A DNA stretch of 64,000 nucleotides from positions 880 to 64,879 of the forward strand of contig DAHVFG010000002.1 of the NCBI GenBank assembly GCA_027317125.1, written 5' to 3'. The first letter of the stretch is position 1, and every line of letters begins with the position of its first letter. The translations under genes and the position numbers were made by a program. The notes under the pieces are model-generated. The model did not search any database. It was not told where the DNA came from and saw only the letters and a program-made list of their open reading frames with translations. This document shows positions 57,172 to 64,000 of this stretch, piece by piece. Source of the DNA: Chloroflexota bacterium. Lineage in GTDB: Bacteria > Chloroflexota > Chloroflexia > QHBQ01 > JADMIH01.

Positions 57172-57900
57172 CTACTGGTTGCTCTTTAGCACTACCGTCA
57201 CCACCCCTTGCACCTTGACGGGGTCGCACTCCACAGAACCGTCGCGGTGGTTGGCGAAAAGGCGGATCGGGTCGGTGGAGGCGGTTGCCGACTGGAGAAA
57301 GATGTGGTCGCGTCGCTTATAGAATCGCTTGAGGGTGGAGAGCCCCTCAGAGCCTCCGGCTTCGCCTTCGATAAAGCTGGCTACTACGAAGTCGCCATCC
57401 TCGGCCCAGTTCTGGGGGCGAACAATTACCACATCTCCCGGCTGGATGCCGACGTGGGTCATGGAGGTGCCGCGCACTCGGAGAGCGTAAGCCCCGCCTC
57501 TTGCCAGCGCCTTATCAACGACCACGCCGCCTTCATAGTCGAGACAGTCGTACTCCTGGAAGGCCACGGTGACATCGTACTGGCCCGCGGCTATCTCACC
57601 GATCACCGGCAGGCGAGAGGAGTTGGCTGAAACTTTGCCCGTATCTTCATATCGCTGCAAGCGAGCGACGTAGACACTACGGTTGTAGCGGTTGCGCTCT
57701 CTGAGCTCCCCGGCTTCGGGCTGAGAGGCGCGCTCGGAGCCAAGCACTTTGTAAGCGGCGATGTCGGGCTTGCACGAGCGCAGGCTGACAGGCGTAAGCT
57801 GGCCCTGCGCCCCAGTGGCGCGGGTGAAGCGCGCCCATGCGGGCTCTGGCCCCGGCTGCGGCCCGCGTGAAGCTTGTAGCCCCGGCAAACGTATTACCAT
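57172..57900 (-). CDS. LexA-like S24 peptidase paralog with non-HTH N-terminal region
   Basis: C-terminal domain carries a cleavage-site-like PVIGEIAAGQ, Ser motif RGTSM and Lys motif LKRFYKR. The N-terminal ~95 aa are basic and low-complexity with no recognisable wHTH. ATG 57900 has AAGGAGG 7 nt upstream. Confidence 0.7.
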   Translation of the reverse strand: MVIRLPGLQASRGPQPGPEPAWARFTRATGAQGQLTPVSLRSCKPDIAAYKVLGSERASQPEAGELRERNRYNRSVYVARLQRYEDTGKVSANSSRLPVIGEIAAGQYDVTVAFQEYDCLDYEGGVVVDKALARGGAYALRVRGTSMTHVGIQPGDVVIVRPQNWAEDGDFVVASFIEGEAGGSEGLSTLKRFYKRRDHIFLQSATASTDPIRLFANHRDGSVECDPVKVQGVVTVVLKSNQ

Positions 57901-58104
57901 GCAAACAACCTCCTTATCCACATCTACTGCGTCTCACCTGGTGAAAGACTAAAGTATAAAGCTTCCTCAATCCCAACTCTCAGGTAGCACGCGCCATCCG
58001 GTTGGATGGGGAACCGGCCAGGGGTTGAGGCCCGGGCCGGCGCACGCTGCCACTCGTATCGGCGGATACTACTCTCGACTCGTTCAATTTCTTTGCCTCA
58101 CACC

Positions 58105-58803
58105 TTACTCGATGCGGCGAATCACACCTACCACACGGCCTTTTATCTCTATGTTGTCCGGGTCGGTGAATATAGGCTGCATGGTGCTGTTGGCGGGCTG
58201 GAGGCGCACACGCCCATCTTCGAGGTAGAACCTCTTGAGGGTGGCCTCTTGCTCGGTTTTGAGCCATGCAGCGACCGTCTGGCCGTTCTCCGCTGTCTCC
58301 TGAGCCTCCATGATGACGAGGTCACCATCGTTGATGAGGGCGTCTACCATTGAGGTACCCTTCACACGGAGCGCATACAGGCGGTCTATATGCGGGATGT
58401 GCCTGCCCAGGAGGTCGCCTGCTACTTCCACCACGTCTTCTGTGGCTGTGCCCATACGGATATCATCGAGCACAGGTATAGGTGAGCCGGCAGCGATTGG
58501 CGAAGGAGCAATGGGTATGGTGTAGAAAGGCTGGCGACTGCGGCTGCGGCCTGTATTGTCTATAAGCTCGATAGCCCGCGACTTGTTGCGGTCGCGCCGT
58601 ATGTGGCCGGCCTCCTCCAGCGCCCTGAGGTTGTAGTCCACAACGGAGGTCGAGGTGTTGCCCGACGTGGTGCGAACCAACCCTGCGCGCTCTACTTCGC
58701 TCTTGATCTCGCGTATTGAAGGGGCATAGCTATGCTCCTGCATGAACTCGCGGATGAAGCTCAGGATAAAACGTTGGCGATCCGATAATTTCTTCTTTTT
58801 CAT
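58105..58803 (-). CDS. lexA: LexA repressor
   Basis: N-terminal wHTH (LSDRQRFILSFIREFMQEHSYAPSIREI), KGTSM and TLKRFY motifs. A LexA box lies in its promoter. Confidence 0.9.
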   Translation of the reverse strand: MKKKKLSDRQRFILSFIREFMQEHSYAPSIREIKSEVERAGLVRTTSGNTSTSVVDYNLRALEEAGHIRRDRNKSRAIELIDNTGRSRSRQPFYTIPIAPSPIAAGSPIPVLDDIRMGTATEDVVEVAGDLLGRHIPHIDRLYALRVKGTSMVDALINDGDLVIMEAQETAENGQTVAAWLKTEQEATLKRFYLEDGRVRLQPANSTMQPIFTDPDNIEIKGRVVGVIRRIE

Positions 58804-58881
58804 GATAAAGTGCCTCTCTAGTGTTACCTGGGCTTATAACTGGGTCTTTGTGAACTGAACCCCCTGCGTGCCCTATTCGGA

Positions 58882-58910
58882 ATATATCATAGAACGTTAG
58901 TTCTTGTCAA
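58882..58910 (-). promoter_or_regulatory. lexA promoter with embedded LexA (SOS) box
   Basis: On the minus strand: TTGACA (58910-58905), a 17-bp spacer containing the perfect palindrome AGAAC-N4-GTTCT (58891-58904), and -10-like ATATAT (58887-58882). Confidence 0.75.
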
Positions 58911-59138
58911 TACCTTTATGCACGAATATCGAACAAATATGCTGATTCATACTGCACAATGCATATCAGGTGAGGGTTTGGGTAAGCAGTATCTATCTCT
59001 GACATAATATGCATTACCAGGCGCTTCACGCGTAGCGCCCCTACGTACCATGCCGTGGTGTGACTTATATCCTATTCCTTGTAGGCGGTAGGTAATGTAG
59101 AATAACTTTGTTGAATAGCATTCAGTGAGGGATTTGTT

Positions 59139-59747
59139 ATGCGCGAACTTATCAATGTAATACCTTTTTTTGATGTGATTAGCACAGTGCTTCTTGCCTT
59201 TTTCATTTATGTGGGGTGGAAGCACGGCACACCGAAGGCCTTGTTGATCATAGCTTCGATCTATACAGGTTTTCTGCTCGCCTCGATTTACTACCACCTG
59301 ACAGCGCTCTTCCTGGTGAAGATGTTCGGACTGAGTAAAGGGTTCGCCTCGGACCTCATTGGCTTTATCACCATTGATCTGCTGGTGTCGCTATTGATGG
59401 TGGCACTTCTTCTCAATCTCTTCTCCCATGTGAAGATTGGCGGGAAGCTGATGGTCTTCGATAGGATAATGGGTGCGCTCCTGGGGCTGGTCGCGGGCGG
59501 AATCGTAATCAGCATCTTTGTTACGCTGATGAAAGTGCCATACGAGGACAATAAGCAGAACGTGGATGTCGCCAGGGACCTCCCGCTCATGCAGCTTTTC
59601 AATAGCGAGTACAAAAAATCAATACTGGCTCCCCGCTTTGTGCTGGCGGCTCCGCTGCTGGCAACAAGCGTAAAGCCAATGCTGCCCCCCGAAGCCCAGA
59701 AGAAGGGGGCTGTGCCTCTACTGGCAGGGGCTGTACCACCAAAGTAG
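59139..59747 (+). CDS. CvpA family membrane protein
   Basis: 202 aa with four hydrophobic segments and a CvpA-like N-terminus (INVIPFFDVISTVLLAFFIYVGWKHG). Confidence 0.65.
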   Translation: MRELINVIPFFDVISTVLLAFFIYVGWKHGTPKALLIIASIYTGFLLASIYYHLTALFLVKMFGLSKGFASDLIGFITIDLLVSLLMVALLLNLFSHVKIGGKLMVFDRIMGALLGLVAGGIVISIFVTLMKVPYEDNKQNVDVARDLPLMQLFNSEYKKSILAPRFVLAAPLLATSVKPMLPPEAQKKGAVPLLAGAVPPK

Positions 59748-59844
59748 CCGCCGCATCGGTCTATAAAGCGGTAGTGCGCCCTGCCGCCTCTAGGTGTTGC
59801 GCCCACAGCAAGCGAGCATTGTGCTGAGGCAACACCCTGTCTTG

Positions 59845-59891
59845 AAAACAAAAGCAATAGCCCCGCCTAGGGGAGCTATTGCTTTTGTTTT
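59845..59891 (+). terminator. Long hairpin downstream of cvpA-like gene
   Basis: aaaacaaaagcaatagc / gctattgcttttgtttt is a 17-bp stem around a ccccgcctagggga core. The 3' arm is U-rich. Confidence 0.6.
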
Positions 59892-60148
59892 GCTCTAACC
59901 TATTCTCCCCCTACAGGGAAAGGGGTTAGTAGAGGTGTGATTACCCCGATGTAAGAGGTAATTGAGCTTTCTGTAAAAACCCCTATACTGAAAGCCCCTC
60001 TGTGGTTACGCCATTAAACACCTCCAGAGCATTGGTTTGCAGCACCAAAAGTAAAAGGCGCATAACAGAATGGGTTATCTCACCGTTGTAAATGTCGCAA
60101 TCCGTAATTAACGAGTGCCATGCTACATGGCGCTGGATAGGGGGGCAG

Positions 60149-60292
60149 ATGGAGAAAAGCAATTTGCAGCTCGGGCTGGCCGAGTTGACAAGAACGGGAC
60201 GGCGCGGAGGGTGTAGCTGTTGTAGCTTCACGGTGTTGGGGCTGATGGCTCTTCCACTACTTACTGTGATTTTCTTTTTTGTGGCTCGTTAG
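60149..60292 (+). CDS. Hypothetical small membrane protein
   Basis: 47 codons from ATG 60149 with a C-terminal TM FTVLGLMALPLLTVIFFFV. Weak evidence only. Confidence 0.3.
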   Translation: MEKSNLQLGLAELTRTGRRGGCSCCSFTVLGLMALPLLTVIFFFVAR

Positions 60293-60325
60293 TTAGCTGC
60301 AATTCTAGCTGGAGGAGAGTAAAAG

Positions 60326-60607
60326 ATGGGTGGTTGTCTTGGATTCATCGTTATGCTCATTATGTTGAGTGTGCTCGGCTGGCTCATTGACCTGATTGTG
60401 CCTGGCCGAATGCCTTATGGCTGGCTGGGTGGTATCGTAGCCGCGATAATCGGCGGTCTAATTGGCGGCTTCATATTCGGCAACTTCGGGCCTGCGGCAA
60501 GTTTCGGTGGCTGGACGCTATCGTTCATACCTGCCCTGCTTGGCGGCATTATCCTCGGCTTTATCGTGCGCTTTGTCATGGGATCACAGCGACGCTCGAC
60601 CTTATAG
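60326..60607 (+). CDS. GlsB/YeaQ/YmgE family stress-response membrane protein
   Basis: Gly-rich TM pattern GWLGGIVAAIIGGLIGGFIFG. GGAGGAG RBS. Confidence 0.8.
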   Translation: MGGCLGFIVMLIMLSVLGWLIDLIVPGRMPYGWLGGIVAAIIGGLIGGFIFGNFGPAASFGGWTLSFIPALLGGIILGFIVRFVMGSQRRSTL

Positions 60608-60621
60608 AAAGGGCTATTGAG

Positions 60622-60840
60622 ATGGCGCGGGGACGTAAAAGCAAAGGTAAGGGTAAAGGTAAAGGCTTAACGCTGCTGGGCCTCCTGGCAGGTGCGGCGG
60701 TTGGAGGTGCAATTGGCCTCTTCTACACACCGACTACCGGCGAGAAGAACCGCCAGCGACTCGGCGAATGGGCCGCCAACAGGCTGCAAAATGTACAGCA
60801 AAAGACGCAAGGCGTAGTTGAGGGCATGCGACAAGCCTGA
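60622..60840 (+). CDS. YtxH domain-containing protein
   Basis: GLLAGAAVGGAIGLFYTPTTGEKNRQRL signature. Confidence 0.75.
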   Translation: MARGRKSKGKGKGKGLTLLGLLAGAAVGGAIGLFYTPTTGEKNRQRLGEWAANRLQNVQQKTQGVVEGMRQA

Positions 60841-60870
60841 TGGCTGCCCGGCAGCCAAAGGAGAAAGGAT

Positions 60871-61026
60871 ATGCTAAGAGGAATGCGTACTGCTATCAAA
60901 TACTTCACCATAGGGTTGCTTGCCGGGCTGCTCTTTGCCCCACGCAAGGGCGATGAGACGCGCAAAATCCTGGTGGAGCGAGGCAAAGAGTATGTACAGG
61001 AAGCCATGAATAGTTCAGGCGGGTGA
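60871..61026 (+). CDS. Small YtxH-like protein (51 aa, below the ORF-track cutoff)
   Basis: Hand-translated: MLRGMRTAIKYFTIGLLAGLLFAPRKGDETRKILVERGKEYVQEAMNSSGG. AAAGGAGAAAGG RBS upstream. Confidence 0.65.
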   Translation: MLRGMRTAIKYFTIGLLAGLLFAPRKGDETRKILVERGKEYVQEAMNSSGG

Positions 61027-61117
61027 CAAAACTCATAGCTTGATTATCGCTAATCGGAAGGGCCGTCAACCTACGGCCTGAGAGGTTCAGTACTACGCGA
61101 CAAAGGAGGTGAGAAAG

Positions 61118-61390
61118 ATGCTTACAATCATTGGTTGGATCATCATAGGATTGATCGCCGGCTGGCTTGCCAGTATGATTATGGGACGCGGCGGCTATGG
61201 AGTGGTAGGCGACATAATCGTCGGTTTGATCGGCGCGATAGTGGGCGGCTTCCTGGCTTCTCTGCTGGGATTGGGAGGCTTGAACAGTAGTGACCCTATT
61301 AGCTGGGGCAGCCTGATTATCGCGATAATCGGCGCGATTATACTTATCGCCATTGTACGCGCCCTTTCCGGCAATAGATCTCGTGTCTAG
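61118..61390 (+). CDS. GlsB/YeaQ/YmgE family stress-response membrane protein (second copy)
   Basis: MLTIIGWIIIGLIAGWLASMIMG..GDIIVGLIGAIVGGFL. AGGAGG 8 nt upstream of ATG 61118. Confidence 0.8.
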   Translation: MLTIIGWIIIGLIAGWLASMIMGRGGYGVVGDIIVGLIGAIVGGFLASLLGLGGLNSSDPISWGSLIIAIIGAIILIAIVRALSGNRSRV

Positions 61391-61397
61391 AGGCAAC

Positions 61398-61430
61398 GGC
61401 GCAGGCTCGCAAGACCCTGCGTCTATTTAT
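61398..61430 (+). terminator. Intrinsic terminator (GCAA-capped hairpin plus T-tract)
   Basis: ggcgcagg(c)tc-GCAA-ga(c)cctgcgtc followed by tatttattt. Confidence 0.7.
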
Positions 61431-61443
61431 TTAAGGATAGCGG

Positions 61444-61514
61444 GTGCGACCGGCGGAATAGCAATGAGATAGCAAGCACGAAGGCTTTGTTTTATTCCCT
61501 GTTGCCGGTCGCGC
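61444..61514 (+). promoter_or_regulatory. Long structured element in the leader of a small membrane-protein gene
   Basis: gcgaccggc-ggaata ... tattcc-ctgtt-gccggtcgc gives 15+ bp of pairing enclosing a 32-nt loop. It ends 30 nt before ATG 61544. Confidence 0.45.
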
Positions 61515-61543
61515 GTTATCAGTCGTCAAAGTAGGAGGCTCTA

Positions 61544-61711
61544 ATGGGTCAAGTAAACGTAAATACACCAGGCGACAGCGGGGGTGGCAGCGCCGCCGCC
61601 ATTGTTCTGGTGGTTGTAGTGTTGATAGTGCTGGTGTTGCTGGTACTCTGGTTGACCGGCGCGTTCGGCACACGCACTACGAGCGAGATTTTCCAGATTA
61701 TGGGTGTTTAG
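61544..61711 (+). CDS. Small single-TM protein (55 aa, below the ORF-track cutoff)
   Basis: Hand-translated: MGQVNVNTPGDSGGGSAAAIVLVVVVLIVLVLLVLWLTGAFGTRTTSEIFQIMGV. AGGAGG 6 nt upstream. Confidence 0.6.
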   Translation: MGQVNVNTPGDSGGGSAAAIVLVVVVLIVLVLLVLWLTGAFGTRTTSEIFQIMGV

Positions 61712-61786
61712 CCGCCGAACGCCGCCCACAAAAGGTGCGAAGTACGTGGTTGACGTTTTAGGAAACGACGCGCAAGGAAGCTGGGT

Positions 61787-63472
61787 GTGGCCGAGCGTAG
61801 CAGATTAGCTCTCCTTACCCGGTTCCGCATCCCGCCTTTCGCGCCCTGTATCCAGTACGTAACACCTTCTGCAGCTTTCACAACCCGCCTTCAGGCGCGA
61901 GTTGTCCCGTTGCTCCTGTTGGGAGCGAGCGGGGCGATCTCGCGCATCTTTTTTGTGCGGCCCACGCCGATAAATTGGGATTCGGTGCAGTTCAGCCTGG
62001 CGCTCGACACCTTCGATTTGCATAGCCACCAACCACACCCACCGGGCTATATCCTCTACGTAGAGTCGGGCCGCCTGTTGCGCTTTGTGCTGGAGTTCGC
62101 CGGCTTACAAGGCGGGGTGAGTAGCGCGAATGTTGCCCTCTCAATTTTAAGTGTCCTATTCAGCGCGGTGGCTGTGCCGCTCATTTACTGGCTCACGCTC
62201 AAGGTCTTTGAGGACAAAGTAGTGGCGATTAGCTCATCGCTGCTGCTCCTGGGGTCGCCCCTCGCCCTCTATAATGGCGCGGTAGGGCTTACCTACCTGC
62301 CTGAGATGGCGCTGGGCATGTGCGTGGCAGGGCTGGCGTGGCGGGTCAAAGGCTCGGAAGGCGCTACAGAGGCCGTTTTGCTGGGGGTGGCGCTGGGAAT
62401 AGCAGGCGGCGTAAGGCAAACTAGCCTCATAGTGCTTTTGCCTCTTTGCGTATGGGCCTTGCGGGGCAATAAAGCTCCGGCGCGGCGAAGATGGCTGGCG
62501 TTCGGCACAGCGCTGGCGCTTGCCTCTCTGGCATGGCTAACGCCCCTCCTTGTTATGTCGGGCGGGCTTGGCGCTTATCTATATGAGAATGAGTTGCAGG
62601 CGGCTGCTGTGGCAGGGCGCACCGCACTGGTGGAGACCGGACTCGACGGGGTTGCTTTCAATATAACTTTCGAGATGCTGGCGCTTGGCACAGGGCTAGC
62701 CTTTGGGCTGGTGCCTCTGGGGTTGTGGACTGCTAGAGTGTTGCGTTTTACTCTTATGCACAAGGCTAAAGCTTTTTTATTCTTCTGGGTATTGCCGCCG
62801 ATTGTTCTCTATGCAGTAAGCCATGTGGGGCAGTATGGATATTTGCTCGTGGCGCTGCCGCCACTGCTTATCTTGTCGGCGTTATGCGCCAGGATGCTGG
62901 GCGAGCAGCTTGCGCATAAAAAGGGCGTGAGCGAAGCGGCGGGGCTGCTGATCGCTATTGCCCTGTCGGTGGTATCAGCCGGTTATTTTGCGCTGGCGCA
63001 AGGCCCTGTCACCGCAGCCAACATAACTGAGAATAACAACCACTGGGAAGCCGTGAAGTCCGGCCTGGCGAGCCTTACTGCTCGTGAGGGGAACATTGCC
63101 CTGGTGATGGGGGTGGAGTGGGCTGGGCCCTTTAGAGAGGCAGGATATCTGCTCCCCAACTATCGCTCTTACGCGCTGGGCTATGGGCGAAACGGTGAGT
63201 TCGGAGCGCTCTTCACGGCCTACGGGGGGCAATCAAGCTACGGGTTGCCATACCCTGTAGCGAAGACGTACCTTCCCCTCCCCTCCGGCACACGCACTAT
63301 CGTGGCGCTGGACGACGCTACGGCCAGGATGGTAGCCGGTGAGGGAGGCGTGCGCGCCGTTTCATTAGCTGATGGTTCCTCGTTGTATCTACTGCACTCA
63401 GACAAGGCTGACATAGAGGGTCTAATCATAAAGCCGGAGCAGTTAGAGGCAGTGTACAGCAGCCGGCCGTGA
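61787..63472 (+). CDS. GT-C-type polytopic membrane protein (DUF2723/TMEM260-like)
   Basis: INWDSVQFSLALDTFDLHSHQPHPPGYILYV near the first loop (HPPGY hallmark as I recall it), followed by more than 10 TM segments. GTG start uncertain. Confidence 0.5.
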   Translation: MAERSRLALLTRFRIPPFAPCIQYVTPSAAFTTRLQARVVPLLLLGASGAISRIFFVRPTPINWDSVQFSLALDTFDLHSHQPHPPGYILYVESGRLLRFVLEFAGLQGGVSSANVALSILSVLFSAVAVPLIYWLTLKVFEDKVVAISSSLLLLGSPLALYNGAVGLTYLPEMALGMCVAGLAWRVKGSEGATEAVLLGVALGIAGGVRQTSLIVLLPLCVWALRGNKAPARRRWLAFGTALALASLAWLTPLLVMSGGLGAYLYENELQAAAVAGRTALVETGLDGVAFNITFEMLALGTGLAFGLVPLGLWTARVLRFTLMHKAKAFLFFWVLPPIVLYAVSHVGQYGYLLVALPPLLILSALCARMLGEQLAHKKGVSEAAGLLIAIALSVVSAGYFALAQGPVTAANITENNNHWEAVKSGLASLTAREGNIALVMGVEWAGPFREAGYLLPNYRSYALGYGRNGEFGALFTAYGGQSSYGLPYPVAKTYLPLPSGTRTIVALDDATARMVAGEGGVRAVSLADGSSLYLLHSDKADIEGLIIKPEQLEAVYSSRP

Positions 63473-63480
63473 GGCGCGTG

Positions 63481-63508
63481 AAAGGAGCCAATGTAAAGGA
63501 GCCAATGT
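63481..63508 (+). repeat. Perfect 14-bp tandem duplication carrying SD plus ATG-TAA start-stop units
   Basis: aaaggagccaatgt occurs twice (63481-63494, 63495-63508), followed by aa and then ATG 63511. Confidence 0.85.
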
Positions 63509-63510
63509 AA

Positions 63511-64000
63511 ATGATACCACTCGGAGACACCGGCACACCACAAGGGCAACGCTTCCCCATTGTGAACGTTACTCTGATCGTGATCAACGTCATAATATTC
63601 CTGATCCAGTTGTCGGTGGGCGATCCGATAAACAATGGCTGGACGTTGATACCGCGGGAGATTACGACAGGCGTAGACCTGAAGGGCCTTGAGCAGTTAC
63701 CGGACGGCTCTACAATACAGTTGTACGCAGCCCCTCTCAACAACGTTTATTTGACCCTTCTAACCTCTATGTTCATGCATGGTGGGTGGCTGCACATTGG
63801 CGGCAATATGCTCTTCCTCTTTATCTTTGGTGACAACGTAGAGGAAAACTTTGGCTCGCTGAAGTATCTCGTCTTTTACCTGATCTGCGGCTTCGCGGCG
63901 GACATTACGCAGATATTCCTCGGCGGCCCCGACTCGCTTATTCCTAACCTGGGCGCATCAGGAGCAATTGCCGGAGTGTTAGCGGCGTACATAGTGCTCT
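63511..64000 (+). CDS. Rhomboid family intramembrane serine protease (3' end outside window)
   Basis: Hand-translated: MIPLGDTG..FPIVNVTLIVINVIIFL..MFMHGGWLHIGGNMLFLFIFGDNVE..GASGAIAGVLAAY (HxxxN and GxSG motifs). The frame is open to the window edge. Confidence 0.8.
   Translation, partial: MIPLGDTGTPQGQRFPIVNVTLIVINVIIFLIQLSVGDPINNGWTLIPREITTGVDLKGLEQLPDGSTIQLYAAPLNNVYLTLLTSMFMHGGWLHIGGNMLFLFIFGDNVEENFGSLKYLVFYLICGFAADITQIFLGGPDSLIPNLGASGAIAGVLAAYIVL

Noticed and set aside
1-64000. Search for tRNA, rRNA, tmRNA, RNase P or SRP RNA signatures and for integrase, transposase or phage genes.
   Set aside because: No T-loop/acceptor patterns, no conserved RNase P, tmRNA or SRP cores, and no recombinase-like ORFs were seen by eye. 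Absence should be confirmed with tRNAscan-SE/Infernal and HMM searches.

Overview
High-GC (~58-60%) bacterial chromosomal segment. The gene content (SpoVS, F420-type LLM oxidoreductase, WD40 lipoprotein, SLH-domain protein, many GAF/PAS kinases, sortase-like sorting signal) suggests a monoderm filamentous Chloroflexota (Ktedonobacteria-like) genome, but that is only a guess. I call about 55 CDS and no rRNA, tRNA, CRISPR array or transposase gene.

Main coding blocks:
- A GT4/CelD-like pair.
- A secreted M4 (thermolysin-like) protease followed by a PrsW-like protein and a candidate emfourin-like inhibitor.
- A split myo-inositol catabolic cluster: iolG, then iolB-C-D-A-E plus a LacD-type aldolase.
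- An HD-GYP c-di-GMP phosphodiesterase.
- Two PAS/GAF histidine kinases.
- A TetR plus ABC-2 exporter operon.
- A MarR-YceI operon.
- lexA followed by a LexA paralog, a degenerate FtsK-like ATPase and an NTase-like gene.
- A cluster of small stress-type membrane proteins (GlsB x2, YtxH x2).

Most interesting signal: a dense family of short nonautonomous mobile elements (MITEs).
- There are 9 copies plus 1 remnant in 64 kb. They have GTAA..TTAC termini, and 7 copies have perfect 8-bp target-site duplications.
- Five copies sit with the duplication exactly 6 bp upstream of a TTGACA-like -35 hexamer of the neighbouring gene.
- Two of those promoter sites carry two elements side by side.

Other non-coding features:
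- A c-di-GMP-I (GEMM-I) riboswitch upstream of the SLH protein.
- An orphan promoter-hairpin-terminator unit that looks like a small RNA.
- A LexA box inside the lexA promoter.
- A TetR operator palindrome.
- Several SD-occluding hairpins.

Start codons were chosen by eye from RBS spacing, and all family assignments come from motif recognition without database searches.
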